64,000 nt of DNA from a virus, in the IMG/VR virus record IMGVR_UViG_3300033064_001806, positions 1 to 64,000 of that record, one strand, 5' to 3'. The notes below the pieces were generated by a model. It did no database searches and was not told the origin of the DNA. It worked only from the letters and a program-made list of their open reading frames with translations. Positions 19,242 to 28,501 of this stretch are shown here, piece by piece (position 1 is the stretch's first letter; the number at the start of each line of letters is the position of its first letter). The position numbers and the translations under genes are program-made.

Positions 19242-20879
19242 ATGAATGTACAATCTTTATTAAATGCTTCTGGAAGTCCCCACAAGCAACTTATCAAAGA
19301 AAACCGTCAAATAGTTAACAAATGGTCAAAGACAGGTTTACTTGATAACTTAAACAACGACTATGAAAAGAACTCTATTGCAGTTCTTTTAGAAAACCAA
19401 GCAAAACAACTTATAGATGAATCAAACCGTACAGGTACAGCAGCTGGCTCAGAAGAATGGGCAGGTGTTGCACTTCCATTGGTTCGCAGAATTTTCTCTG
19501 AAATTGCTGCGAAAGATTTTGTGTCTGTTCAACCAATGAACTTACCTTCTGGTCTTGTATTCTTCTTAGATTTCAAATATGGTACAGCACAACCTGGATT
19601 CACAGCCGCTCAAGGTAAAGATACACAGACTGACTCTGTATTTGGTGTAACAGGTGCAGAAGCAAAAGACGCTGATGCTTCAGGTGGTCTTTATGGTGCA
19701 GGTCGTTTTGGTTATTCAATCAATGAAGCAAATATCAGTTTAGCAAAAGCAGCTACATTATCTGCAACAGAATTCGTAACTGGTTCTGTAACACACGCAA
19801 CACCATCATTATTCCAACACGATACAGAATTCAAAGACGCTTACTCTGGATCTCTTGTAGCTGGCGGTATTATGACAATTACAATTAATTCAAGTTCTCT
19901 TGTAAATGAAGATTTTGACGCAGTTCGTGCTTTCAAAATTAGTGGTTCAACTATCTTCAGCTATTTTCCACAATACACATTCACATCAAACAATAATTCA
20001 ACAATTACATTCGTTGTTTCTGCATCAGCAGCTCCTGCAACAATCGGTATTGCATACGAAAAGCAACCTACAGCAACAACTCGTGGTGACTTTGAAGATG
20101 GTTTAGCAGGTTCAAGTCTTGATATTCCAGAAATCAACTTAGAATTACGTTCAGAATCCATTGTTGCTAAAACACGTAAGTTGAAAGCAGTATGGACACC
20201 TGAATTCGCACAAGATTTGAATGCATATCACTCAATCGATGCAGAAGCTGAATTAACTTCTATGTTGTCTGAGTATATCTCTCAAGAAATTGACTTAGAA
20301 ATTCTTGATATGTTGATTAAGAATGCACAAACAACAGAAAGATGGTCAGCACGTATCGGTCGGGCTTATAACTCTGCTACAAGTGCATTTGCAGATTATT
20401 CAACAGCACAAGGTGCAGCATCTGCATATAACCAACAAACTTGGTTCCAAACATTAGGTACAAAGATTCAAAAAGTATCCAACATCATTCATCAGAAAAC
20501 ATTACGTGGTGGTGCAAACTTCTTAGTATGTTCTCCACAAGTTGCTACAATTCTTGAATCTATGCCTGGCTATGCAGTTGATGGCGAAGGTATGAAATTC
20601 GCAATGGGTGTTCAAAAAGTTGGTCAATTAAATGGCCGTATCACAGTTTACAAGAACCCATATATGTTAGAAAACCAAATGTTAGTTGGTTTCCGTGGAA
20701 CACAATTCCTCGAAACTGGCGCGGTTTATGCACCATATATTCCACTTGTAATGACACCATTGGTTTACGATCCAACTAACTTCACACCAAGAAAAGGTGT
20801 GTTGACACGCTATGCGAAGAAAATTGTTCGTCCTGAATTCTACGGTTTGATTCAAATCGAGTCTTTAGGTGACATCTAG
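19242..20879 (+). CDS. Major capsid protein (T4 gp23-like)
   Basis: LLENQ, LPLVRR, VSVQPMNLPSGLVF, AKTRKLKA.WT.E.AQDL.A.H, YAPYIPL, F.P.KG..TRY. Confidence 0.97.
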   Translation: MNVQSLLNASGSPHKQLIKENRQIVNKWSKTGLLDNLNNDYEKNSIAVLLENQAKQLIDESNRTGTAAGSEEWAGVALPLVRRIFSEIAAKDFVSVQPMNLPSGLVFFLDFKYGTAQPGFTAAQGKDTQTDSVFGVTGAEAKDADASGGLYGAGRFGYSINEANISLAKAATLSATEFVTGSVTHATPSLFQHDTEFKDAYSGSLVAGGIMTITINSSSLVNEDFDAVRAFKISGSTIFSYFPQYTFTSNNNSTITFVVSASAAPATIGIAYEKQPTATTRGDFEDGLAGSSLDIPEINLELRSESIVAKTRKLKAVWTPEFAQDLNAYHSIDAEAELTSMLSEYISQEIDLEILDMLIKNAQTTERWSARIGRAYNSATSAFADYSTAQGAASAYNQQTWFQTLGTKIQKVSNIIHQKTLRGGANFLVCSPQVATILESMPGYAVDGEGMKFAMGVQKVGQLNGRITVYKNPYMLENQMLVGFRGTQFLETGAVYAPYIPLVMTPLVYDPTNFTPRKGVLTRYAKKIVRPEFYGLIQIESLGDI

Positions 20880-20903
20880 TATTAGATAGTTAGTTGAAAA
20901 ATT

Positions 20904-20930
20904 AAAGGAGTGAGAAATCACTCCTTTTTT
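20904..20930 (+). terminator. Intrinsic terminator after the MCP gene
   Basis: AAAGGAGTGA-gaaa-TCACTCCTTTTTT. Confidence 0.9.
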
Positions 20931-21003
20931 ATTTTATGTTATATTTATTTACGAGTGTTCAAACAGATTACACTCTTTTTTATATTTAGTATTTTTAAAA
21001 ATA

Positions 21004-22008
21004 ATGGGAAATAGTATGAAAACGATTAATGGGAGAAAAAAACTGTTTGAAGATGATGAAATTTTTGGTACAACAGACACACTCGGTTTAAGTAAAGTAC
21101 CAGTAGATGCAGCTAAAGCGGCTTATAAAGGTGGAAAAAATGATGGTGATATGGAAGATGATAAGATACCATCGAAGAAAGTTTCCGTTGCTGCTGGAAA
21201 ATTAAAACCATCTCAAAAAGAAGTAGTTCCACAGAAAGCAGTTGAATTTGCATTTTCTGCAATCATGAAAATTAATCCTATGCCAAGTGGTCCAGGTGGA
21301 GATTTACAAGCAATTATTTCAAATGATAATTATATCATGGATGGACACCACCGTTGGGCTGCAACTTTCTTAGTTGATCCATCTGCTACTCTTGATGCAA
21401 CACAGATTGACCTTCCAGGTGGAGCGCTGGTTACAGCATTGAATGTTGTAACTAAGGGATTGGGTAGAGGGGGAAATACAGGTAAAGGTGATATATCTAA
21501 ATTTGGTGGTAAACCAATCGAAGACGCTATTGATGCAGTTTTAGCTAATGGATATTGGGCAGAGAAAGATCCAGAAAAATGTAAAGCAGCGTTTGAAGAA
21601 TGGGGTGGTGGTTCTGTGGAAGAAGGAAAGAAAAAAATGGTTGCTAATGCAGCTAAAATGCCAAAAGCAATTCCTGGTTGGGCTCCAAATCGTGTTGATA
21701 TGCCAGTTATCAATGCACCCGAAGTTGGTAAGATTGCAACAGCTATCGCAGCAGGTGTTATTGATCTCAAAACTCCTTATGGTGATGACGTTAAATCAAA
21801 GATGGAATCTTATTATAAAATGAGAAGAGGACAAAAACCATTATCAGAAAACATAATGAAAAAACTCCGCCAATATAATACGGTAAATCAAAAGAGACTT
21901 CAAGAATCATATTTGAAAAAAGTTAGAAAACAAAAATTACAAGAAAAACTTATTAGTGCATTGCGCCCATTGGTTAAAGAAGCAATTAGAACAATGATAA
22001 ATAAATAA
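21004..22008 (+). CDS. ParB/Sulfiredoxin-N domain protein, probable head cargo
   Basis: LKPSQ...IISNDNYIMDGHHRWAA; LFE, LSE, LQE and VKE sites flank the domain. Confidence 0.75.
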   Translation: MGNSMKTINGRKKLFEDDEIFGTTDTLGLSKVPVDAAKAAYKGGKNDGDMEDDKIPSKKVSVAAGKLKPSQKEVVPQKAVEFAFSAIMKINPMPSGPGGDLQAIISNDNYIMDGHHRWAATFLVDPSATLDATQIDLPGGALVTALNVVTKGLGRGGNTGKGDISKFGGKPIEDAIDAVLANGYWAEKDPEKCKAAFEEWGGGSVEEGKKKMVANAAKMPKAIPGWAPNRVDMPVINAPEVGKIATAIAAGVIDLKTPYGDDVKSKMESYYKMRRGQKPLSENIMKKLRQYNTVNQKRLQESYLKKVRKQKLQEKLISALRPLVKEAIRTMINK

Positions 22009-22032
22009 GTTAAAAATAATAATAGACGATAT

Positions 22033-22065
22033 AACCCAGTATGATAATATTGGGTTTTTATTTTT
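22033..22065 (+). terminator. Intrinsic terminator
   Basis: AACCCAGTAT-gata-ATATTGGGTT followed by a T-tract. Confidence 0.7.
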
Positions 22066-22109
22066 ATTATATATTTATTTAAAAATGATGTATACATACA
22101 GGAACAAAT

Positions 22110-23402
22110 ATGACTAACAAAAATCAAACTTCATTGAAATCAATAGTGAATGGACTTTTATCTGAAAAAAAGATGGTTCGTACATTAAATAAAACTACAA
22201 AAAAAGCTATTTCTTTAGATGAGACTACAATTGGCTCAATATTGAACTCAGATGTTTTTTCTGTTAGAGAATCCAAAGCATTAAAAATGTTATTTCGTAA
22301 AACAAGAACAAAGTCATTGAGTGAAGTAACCATTAAAAGATTGGATAAACAAGTAAAAATTATATCCGAATTAAGAGATGGACATATTAAATTATCCGAG
22401 GGATTTTTCGGTGATATGTGGGATGGCTTGAAAAGTCTTGGAGATAAAGCTAAAGAAGCAGTTGTAGGTGGTTGGAGTAAAATGAAAGCAATTTGGAGTG
22501 AATTCAAAGAATTAGTTCAAGAAGTTATTAATTCTGCAAAAAATGGATTATTGAAATTGTGTAACATTGGTGCTAATGTTGGAAATGCTGGTCAAGAAAT
22601 GGTTGATGGGATGAAAAATAAAAAAATTATTGCTGATCCAGACTTTATTAAAGAGATTAAACAATTAAAGGAAACTGGTGGATGGTGGAAATCATCATGG
22701 TTTCAGAAATGGATAGTAAATCCAACTTGGGAAAAAGATGTATTGGCTGGAAATGGTACTGTTGATCAAGAACCTAAAGTTGACCCTAAAGCAGCAGAAC
22801 AAGGATTACAGGCAATACCTCAATTAGAAAGTTTTATAAACAAAAGAAATTCATTGTTATCGGACTATCACGTTTTATCTGAATTATTAAAAAGAAATCG
22901 TAGAAAAAATAATATATCAGAAGGTCATGCAGTAGAACATCTTGAGGATGCAATAAAAAATCCTGCATTGAAAAAAGTTATACATTATGCAATAGAGTTG
23001 ATACAATGGGTATTTATTCCGTTTGCTAAATTAGGACAAGTTGTTGCTAAATGGGCAGGTCCAAAGGCACTCGCAGCGTTCTCAGGTGCTACTAAAGCAT
23101 TAGGTGGTCCAGGAACTTATGGATTTGAATTACTCGGTACACTTTTTGGTGAAATTCTTGAAGTTATTGTAAAGAAATTTACCGGTAACATGACAGTTGA
23201 ATTTGTTGCAAAAACATTGTTTCCAGGCGTTGGGCTTGCAGTTGATGTTGTTAAAGTAGTACACACTGCTCTCCTTTGCTGGACTATTGCGAATATATTG
23301 ATAAACTTGGTTGATGTTGCTGATAAACAAAAGGCAGAGTCATATACACCAAAGGGTGAATTTAAAATGCAGAACGGTAATTTATTATTTATTACAGAAT
23401 AA
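22110..23402 (+). CDS. Hypothetical protein with amphipathic and hydrophobic helices, probable head cargo
   Basis: LSE, LDE and ISE sites; GFFGDMWDGLKSLG amphipathic helix; hydrophobic C-terminal half. Confidence 0.55.
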   Translation: MTNKNQTSLKSIVNGLLSEKKMVRTLNKTTKKAISLDETTIGSILNSDVFSVRESKALKMLFRKTRTKSLSEVTIKRLDKQVKIISELRDGHIKLSEGFFGDMWDGLKSLGDKAKEAVVGGWSKMKAIWSEFKELVQEVINSAKNGLLKLCNIGANVGNAGQEMVDGMKNKKIIADPDFIKEIKQLKETGGWWKSSWFQKWIVNPTWEKDVLAGNGTVDQEPKVDPKAAEQGLQAIPQLESFINKRNSLLSDYHVLSELLKRNRRKNNISEGHAVEHLEDAIKNPALKKVIHYAIELIQWVFIPFAKLGQVVAKWAGPKALAAFSGATKALGGPGTYGFELLGTLFGEILEVIVKKFTGNMTVEFVAKTLFPGVGLAVDVVKVVHTALLCWTIANILINLVDVADKQKAESYTPKGEFKMQNGNLLFITE

Positions 23403-23414
23403 TTGCAATCAAAA

Positions 23415-23951
23415 ATGAATAAAAATACCATAAAATTAAAGAAACTCCTCGATGAAATAAAAGTCGAGGAGTCTTCTAATTTAGTTAAGGAATTTTCGTT
23501 TGACCCATTAACAGTTACCGCAGTTGCACTTTCTGCTCCTGATGTTGCTAGAGTTACTGCTGACGGTATAGATTTTATTTCAAAAGAAATTGGTATGGGT
23601 GATAAAACTAAAGCAGCAGAATTACTGAGGACTGGTGCAGATAAATTGCATCAATTTTATATAAATGATATTATGAAAATGTTGAACGTCGGTGTACCTG
23701 GCTTTGATAAAATTCCGATGGATAAAAAACAAAAAATAGCTAATTCCGTATTTGCCGTTATTATAACTTCAATTGGATTTCATATAGCAATGGATGCTCC
23801 AGGTTTATTTGCTGCATTCATGCGATTAAAGCATATTTGGTGGTATAGTGATATTCGAGAAAAAATAAAAAATATTTTATATTCTATTAAGTTTGGAAAC
23901 CTCGGTGCTTTCTTTAAAAAAGAACTTGACACCATACTTGCAAACGAGTAA
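23415..23951 (+). CDS. Hypothetical membrane-type protein with IKLKKLLDE leader
   Basis: Leader plus VKE site; hydrophobic segment VFAVIITSIGFHIA. Confidence 0.5.
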   Translation: MNKNTIKLKKLLDEIKVEESSNLVKEFSFDPLTVTAVALSAPDVARVTADGIDFISKEIGMGDKTKAAELLRTGADKLHQFYINDIMKMLNVGVPGFDKIPMDKKQKIANSVFAVIITSIGFHIAMDAPGLFAAFMRLKHIWWYSDIREKIKNILYSIKFGNLGAFFKKELDTILANE

Positions 23952-23971
23952 TTAATAAAATTAAATTTTAC

Positions 23972-23999
23972 AAAGGTAACTAATTCGTTACCTTTTTTT
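23972..23999 (+). terminator. Intrinsic terminator
   Basis: AAAGGTAAC-taattc-GTTACCTTTTTTT. Confidence 0.85.
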
Positions 24000-24022
24000 A
24001 TGCTTAATTCTATTTATTACAA

Positions 24023-24622
24023 ATGGAAACTAACACTCAATATATAGATATTTTAAAACTTATACTTCCAAGTGCAGCAACTCTCCTTGGTGTAGTACTG
24101 TCTTGGTACTTAAAATACAAATACGGTGAATATAAACAAAAGAAAATTGACCGCGAACTCTCACATTCCAAATTAATTCAAACAATATTAGACCAGTTAT
24201 TGGTTGAGTATAAATGTCAACGGGCATTTATATTTCAACGGCACAACGGTGGACGCTATCAAACTGGTAAATCTATGACTAAATTATCTACATCGTTTGA
24301 AGCGTTGGAAGAAGGTGTTAGTACTGAAGTTAGTAGATACCAAAACTTACCAATATCATTATATACAAATTTTGTGGAGGACGTACTTGGACATAAAGCT
24401 GTTTATGCATCCGTAGAAGATATTTCAGATTTAATAACAAAGGCCTTTTTTACACAGAGAGGTTCAAAATCCGCAGTTGTATATCCAATCAGAAAAAATA
24501 ATGAACTTATTGCTTTAGTTGGATTTGAATGGACACATAAGTCAGAGAAAATAGATAACCTTTTATTGAAAATAGAAGAAGACTTAAATACAACTAGCGA
24601 AACTCTCTCCAAATTATTATAG
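24023..24622 (+). CDS. TM plus GAF-like domain protein (possible T4 gpT-type holin)
   Basis: Single N-terminal TM; RAFIFQ.HNGG and SAVVYPI.....LIALVGFEW GAF-like pattern. Confidence 0.5.
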   Translation: METNTQYIDILKLILPSAATLLGVVLSWYLKYKYGEYKQKKIDRELSHSKLIQTILDQLLVEYKCQRAFIFQRHNGGRYQTGKSMTKLSTSFEALEEGVSTEVSRYQNLPISLYTNFVEDVLGHKAVYASVEDISDLITKAFFTQRGSKSAVVYPIRKNNELIALVGFEWTHKSEKIDNLLLKIEEDLNTTSETLSKLL

Positions 24623-24630
24623 GAGTTGAC

Positions 24631-25359
24631 ATGGATTTAACCCATAACGAAATGAATGAAAATAAAAATGTTGTTGGATTAAATGGTCCTGATATAAAGA
24701 AAGGAAGAAAAACGATAAAAAATAAAATAGGGTTTCACTTATCATTAAACGAAGAACAAAAAAATATTAAATCAGAAGCATTGCTAGATACCGTTTCTGT
24801 TTTTTTAGGAAAAGCAGGATCTGGTAAAACCTTATTAGCAACTCAAATTGCACTGGAATGTCTTTATTATAAAGAAGTTGATAAAATTATAATTACAAGA
24901 CCAACCGTATCAAATGAAGATCTTGGGTTTTTACCTGGAAATATAAAAGAAAAAATGGATCCATGGTTATCTCCTATTCATGCAAACATGGCAATGTTAT
25001 CCGGTAAAGAAAAAGTTGACAAATTAATACAAGAAGATAAAATTGAAATCGCACCTATAAGTTTTCTACGTGGTAGAACATTTGTTAAGTCTTGTGTAAT
25101 TGTAGATGAATGCCAGAATGTAACTAAAGTACAATTAGAGATGATTCTTTCAAGACTTGGGGTTAATTCAAAAATGATCCTAACAGGTGATTCTGCACAA
25201 ATTGACCTTAAAAATAAGAAAGATTCTGGATTACCATATTTATATAATATGAAAGACAAAATTAAAGGATTAGGGGTTTATGAATTGTTAACTAACCACC
25301 GCCATCCAATTGTTGATAGTATATTACAATATTTTGATGAAACAAAAACTGAGAAGTAA
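24631..25359 (+). CDS. phoH: PhoH-like ATPase
   Basis: GKAGSGKT, ITRP, LGFLPG..KEKMDPW, RGRTF, VDECQN, TGD..QIDL, NHRHP. Confidence 0.95.
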   Translation: MDLTHNEMNENKNVVGLNGPDIKKGRKTIKNKIGFHLSLNEEQKNIKSEALLDTVSVFLGKAGSGKTLLATQIALECLYYKEVDKIIITRPTVSNEDLGFLPGNIKEKMDPWLSPIHANMAMLSGKEKVDKLIQEDKIEIAPISFLRGRTFVKSCVIVDECQNVTKVQLEMILSRLGVNSKMILTGDSAQIDLKNKKDSGLPYLYNMKDKIKGLGVYELLTNHRHPIVDSILQYFDETKTEK

Positions 25360-26490
25360 ATGACAGACATTCCAATTTGGCCAGGTAGTTCATCGTTCAC
25401 AACTGGTAGTACACCATTTGGGTATTTTGATTCTGAGGCATCTTTTCAAGTAGATGCAGATAAAGTAGCGAATTGGTGTGCTAAAAGACTCGGTTATCCA
25501 TTGGTTGATGTGGAATTACAACGAGTAAACTTTTATGCTTGTTTTGAAGAAGCAGTAGCTGAATATTCAAACCATGTTAATCAGTATAACATTCAGCAGA
25601 ATTTATTAAGTATCATGGGTTCACCTACTGCATCTAATTTAACTCATAGAAACATTTCAGCAAATATGGGTGGCCTTATACAGTTAGGAACTGAGTATGG
25701 AAGTGAAACATTTACCAATGGTAATGTGAAGTTTTATTCCGCTTCTATTGATTGTGTGACAGGTGTACAACGATATAATTTAGACACACTTATTCGTGAT
25801 ATAAAAGCACCAACACAAAATATAGAAATAAAAAGAGTTCATCACTATGCACCACCCGCTTCCATGCGTTTCTATGACCCTTATTTAGGTAATCAAGCGA
25901 TGTTAGATACATTCGGATTTGGTGCTTATTCAACTGGTGTTTCTTTTACGTTGATGCCTATGTATGCTGATTTATTGCGTGTTCAAGCAATTGAGTTTAA
26001 CGATATGATGCGAAAATCTGCATTTACATTTGAATTGATAAATAATGAGCTAAAGGTATTTCCGTTACCAGTAAGAGACTTTAAACTTTGGATTGAATAT
26101 ATTATAAAAGAAGAGCGTTCAAATCCATTAAAATATCCAAATGGAACTGTTTCTGATATTTCAAACGCTCCATATAGTTTAATGAAGTATTCTTATATAA
26201 ATTCGCCTGGAACACGGTGGATATTTAACTTTACACTTGCATTGGTAAAAGAAATGTTGGGTTATGTTCGTGGTAAGTATGGAAATATACCAATACCAAA
26301 CGGTGAAACAACATTAAATGCTGCAGATTTACTATCTGCTGCAACATCTGAAAAACAAGCACTTGTAACGGAACTTCGCACTATGTTAGAAAACATGACA
26401 CGCGCAAAACTATTAGAGGCTAAAAGAGCAGAAACAGAACACTTGAATGTTAGTTTGAATGGTACTCCACTTTCAATTTATATAGGATAA
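25360..26490 (+). CDS. Neck/head-tail adaptor (T4 gp13-like)
   Basis: RLGYPLVDVEL, WI..FTLAL.KE.LG..RGKY..IP......LN. Confidence 0.8.
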   Translation: MTDIPIWPGSSSFTTGSTPFGYFDSEASFQVDADKVANWCAKRLGYPLVDVELQRVNFYACFEEAVAEYSNHVNQYNIQQNLLSIMGSPTASNLTHRNISANMGGLIQLGTEYGSETFTNGNVKFYSASIDCVTGVQRYNLDTLIRDIKAPTQNIEIKRVHHYAPPASMRFYDPYLGNQAMLDTFGFGAYSTGVSFTLMPMYADLLRVQAIEFNDMMRKSAFTFELINNELKVFPLPVRDFKLWIEYIIKEERSNPLKYPNGTVSDISNAPYSLMKYSYINSPGTRWIFNFTLALVKEMLGYVRGKYGNIPIPNGETTLNAADLLSAATSEKQALVTELRTMLENMTRAKLLEAKRAETEHLNVSLNGTPLSIYIG

Positions 26491-26494
26491 ATAA

Positions 26495-27019
26495 ATGCCA
26501 TTATTTCACGGAACACGAGATGCTGGTCTTGTACATAAATTCAATATGGAATTAATTGCAGATATTATAGATACTGAGGTTGCTGTTTATAAACTTTCAT
26601 TAGAAGATACAAAGACAAATATGTACAATGAATCTGATAAGAAGGTTTACTTTAGTCCTGTAAAAGTTTCTGCTTTAATAAATCGTCAACCTCAAGCATA
26701 TGAAGGAACTGAGTTTGGACAAGATTATAATCAAGCATGTGATTTTGGTTTTATTCGTGAGTTATTAAAAGACGTTGAAATATTTGTTGAAGTCGGTGAT
26801 GTTATTGAATATAACGGTGAATGGTGGGAGGTTGACTCTGTACAAGAGAATCAGTATTTTGGTGGTAAGAATCCCGATTATGCTTTCTCTGGCGATAAGT
26901 GGGGACATAATGTTTCCATTATTGCTACAACCCACTTAACAAGACGTTCAAGAATTCACATAGAAGAATTCAGACCAAGTATAGAAAATAATTTGAATGA
27001 TTTACCGAGCAACATATAA
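26495..27019 (+). CDS. Neck/head closure protein (gp14-like)
   Basis: Y.ES..K.Y..PV and GDVIEYN..W.EV motifs; follows the gp13-like gene. Confidence 0.65.
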   Translation: MPLFHGTRDAGLVHKFNMELIADIIDTEVAVYKLSLEDTKTNMYNESDKKVYFSPVKVSALINRQPQAYEGTEFGQDYNQACDFGFIRELLKDVEIFVEVGDVIEYNGEWWEVDSVQENQYFGGKNPDYAFSGDKWGHNVSIIATTHLTRRSRIHIEEFRPSIENNLNDLPSNI

Positions 27020-28104
27020 TGCAAAATTCTTCCAAATATAGAAAACCACCATTAAAACGAACTCGTGATAGTTTCATAGATGACAAAAATTCGGTGGAAA
27101 ATCCAAGGATAGATTTTGGACAGGCTCGTAGTACACAAATACGTAGAGATAAGGATAAAGTAAGAAATCTTGGTGTTACATTATATGATGTAGATTTTGC
27201 AATAAAATCATTCATAGACCAAAGTATGAAATTGAAAGTTGAAGACAATGGTGAACTTATACAAGTTCCAACGATATATGCTAATTCAGAAAAATGGGCT
27301 TCAATTCAAAAAGATGGATTTCTAAAAGATAAAAAAGGAAAAACATTAGTTCCGCTAATAACGTTTAGACGTTCAAATGTTACAATAAAAAATGAACTGA
27401 AGCGTAATAAAGTTGCTTCTATAAATCAAGGTATGGCTTATATTACACGTCAAAAATATAATACATCCACACCATATGATAAGTTTTCTGCAATGTATGA
27501 GAAAAAAAGACCAAGTGAATACTTCTTAACTCCAATTCCAGATTATGTAGATATAAGTTATGATTTTATAGTATGGTGTGAATACCAAAATCAATTGAAT
27601 TTTTTGATAGAAAACTTTATTTACTTTTCTGGACAAACATTTGGTGATAAAAATTTCTTCAAATTTTCTACAAATATGGATAGTGTTAGTATTGAAGACA
27701 GTAATACAACAGGGCAAGATCGTGTAGTGAGAGCTTCATTTTCAATTACAGCACATGCTTATTTAATACCAAAAGAAATAGCAAATCAAGCATCGATGCA
27801 ACGAACTGTTACTGCAAATAAATTATCTTTTGGGTTTGAAACAATTAGTTCACTTTCTGATTTATATAATAACAGTTCCATAGATAGATTAACGGATGAA
27901 GGTAGAATTGGTGGTGCGGTAGGTGGACCAGGTGGTAGAGATATTGGAATTAGAGACAGTAAGTCTAATTTTAGAAAGTTAAATCAGAAAGGCGATGAAG
28001 CAAATCTCGCTTATTATAGAAGAAAAGCGCAAGAGTTTATTGATGTATCTGAAAATAATGCACCTGGAATATATCCAAAAGAAAATGATTTTACAGATAA
28101 ATAA
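27019..28104 (+). CDS. Tail terminator/completion protein (gp15-like)
   Basis: VP.IYA..EKW, PLI..RR, P.YVDISYDF.VW......N.LIE. Confidence 0.65.
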   Translation: MQNSSKYRKPPLKRTRDSFIDDKNSVENPRIDFGQARSTQIRRDKDKVRNLGVTLYDVDFAIKSFIDQSMKLKVEDNGELIQVPTIYANSEKWASIQKDGFLKDKKGKTLVPLITFRRSNVTIKNELKRNKVASINQGMAYITRQKYNTSTPYDKFSAMYEKKRPSEYFLTPIPDYVDISYDFIVWCEYQNQLNFLIENFIYFSGQTFGDKNFFKFSTNMDSVSIEDSNTTGQDRVVRASFSITAHAYLIPKEIANQASMQRTVTANKLSFGFETISSLSDLYNNSSIDRLTDEGRIGGAVGGPGGRDIGIRDSKSNFRKLNQKGDEANLAYYRRKAQEFIDVSENNAPGIYPKENDFTDK

Positions 28105-28152
28105 TTGATATTTATATATGTTATATTTTTAATTTTTTAATTGAGGTTTTAT

Positions 28153-28440
28153 ATGTCAGAGCAAGTTGAAAGCAAAGATTTTACGCAAGAAGATATTGCT
28201 ACGGTAAAAGGGTTACAATCGGGTTATGCAAGAACTACTGCACAGATTGGACAAGTCGAAATTGAGTTACATTTACTACAAAAGCGATTGAAGGGTATGC
28301 ATGAATTACGAGATACTTTATTTGAAGAATACGCTAAGTTACAAATTCAAGAAAAAGAACTCATAGATTCACTAAATGAAAAATATGGAGATGGTGTTTT
28401 AGATTTAGACTCTGGTAAATTTATTCCGGCTAAATCTTAA
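28153..28440 (+). CDS. Small coiled-coil protein
   Basis: Coiled coil ending L.EKYG.G.LDL.SG.F.P; GAGG SD. Confidence 0.6.
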   Translation: MSEQVESKDFTQEDIATVKGLQSGYARTTAQIGQVEIELHLLQKRLKGMHELRDTLFEEYAKLQIQEKELIDSLNEKYGDGVLDLDSGKFIPAKS

Positions 28441-28501
28441 TTTGATTTTTTTGTTTCATATTTATATGAAGACTTAATTCTATAATTTTTTGGAGATAAT
28501 A

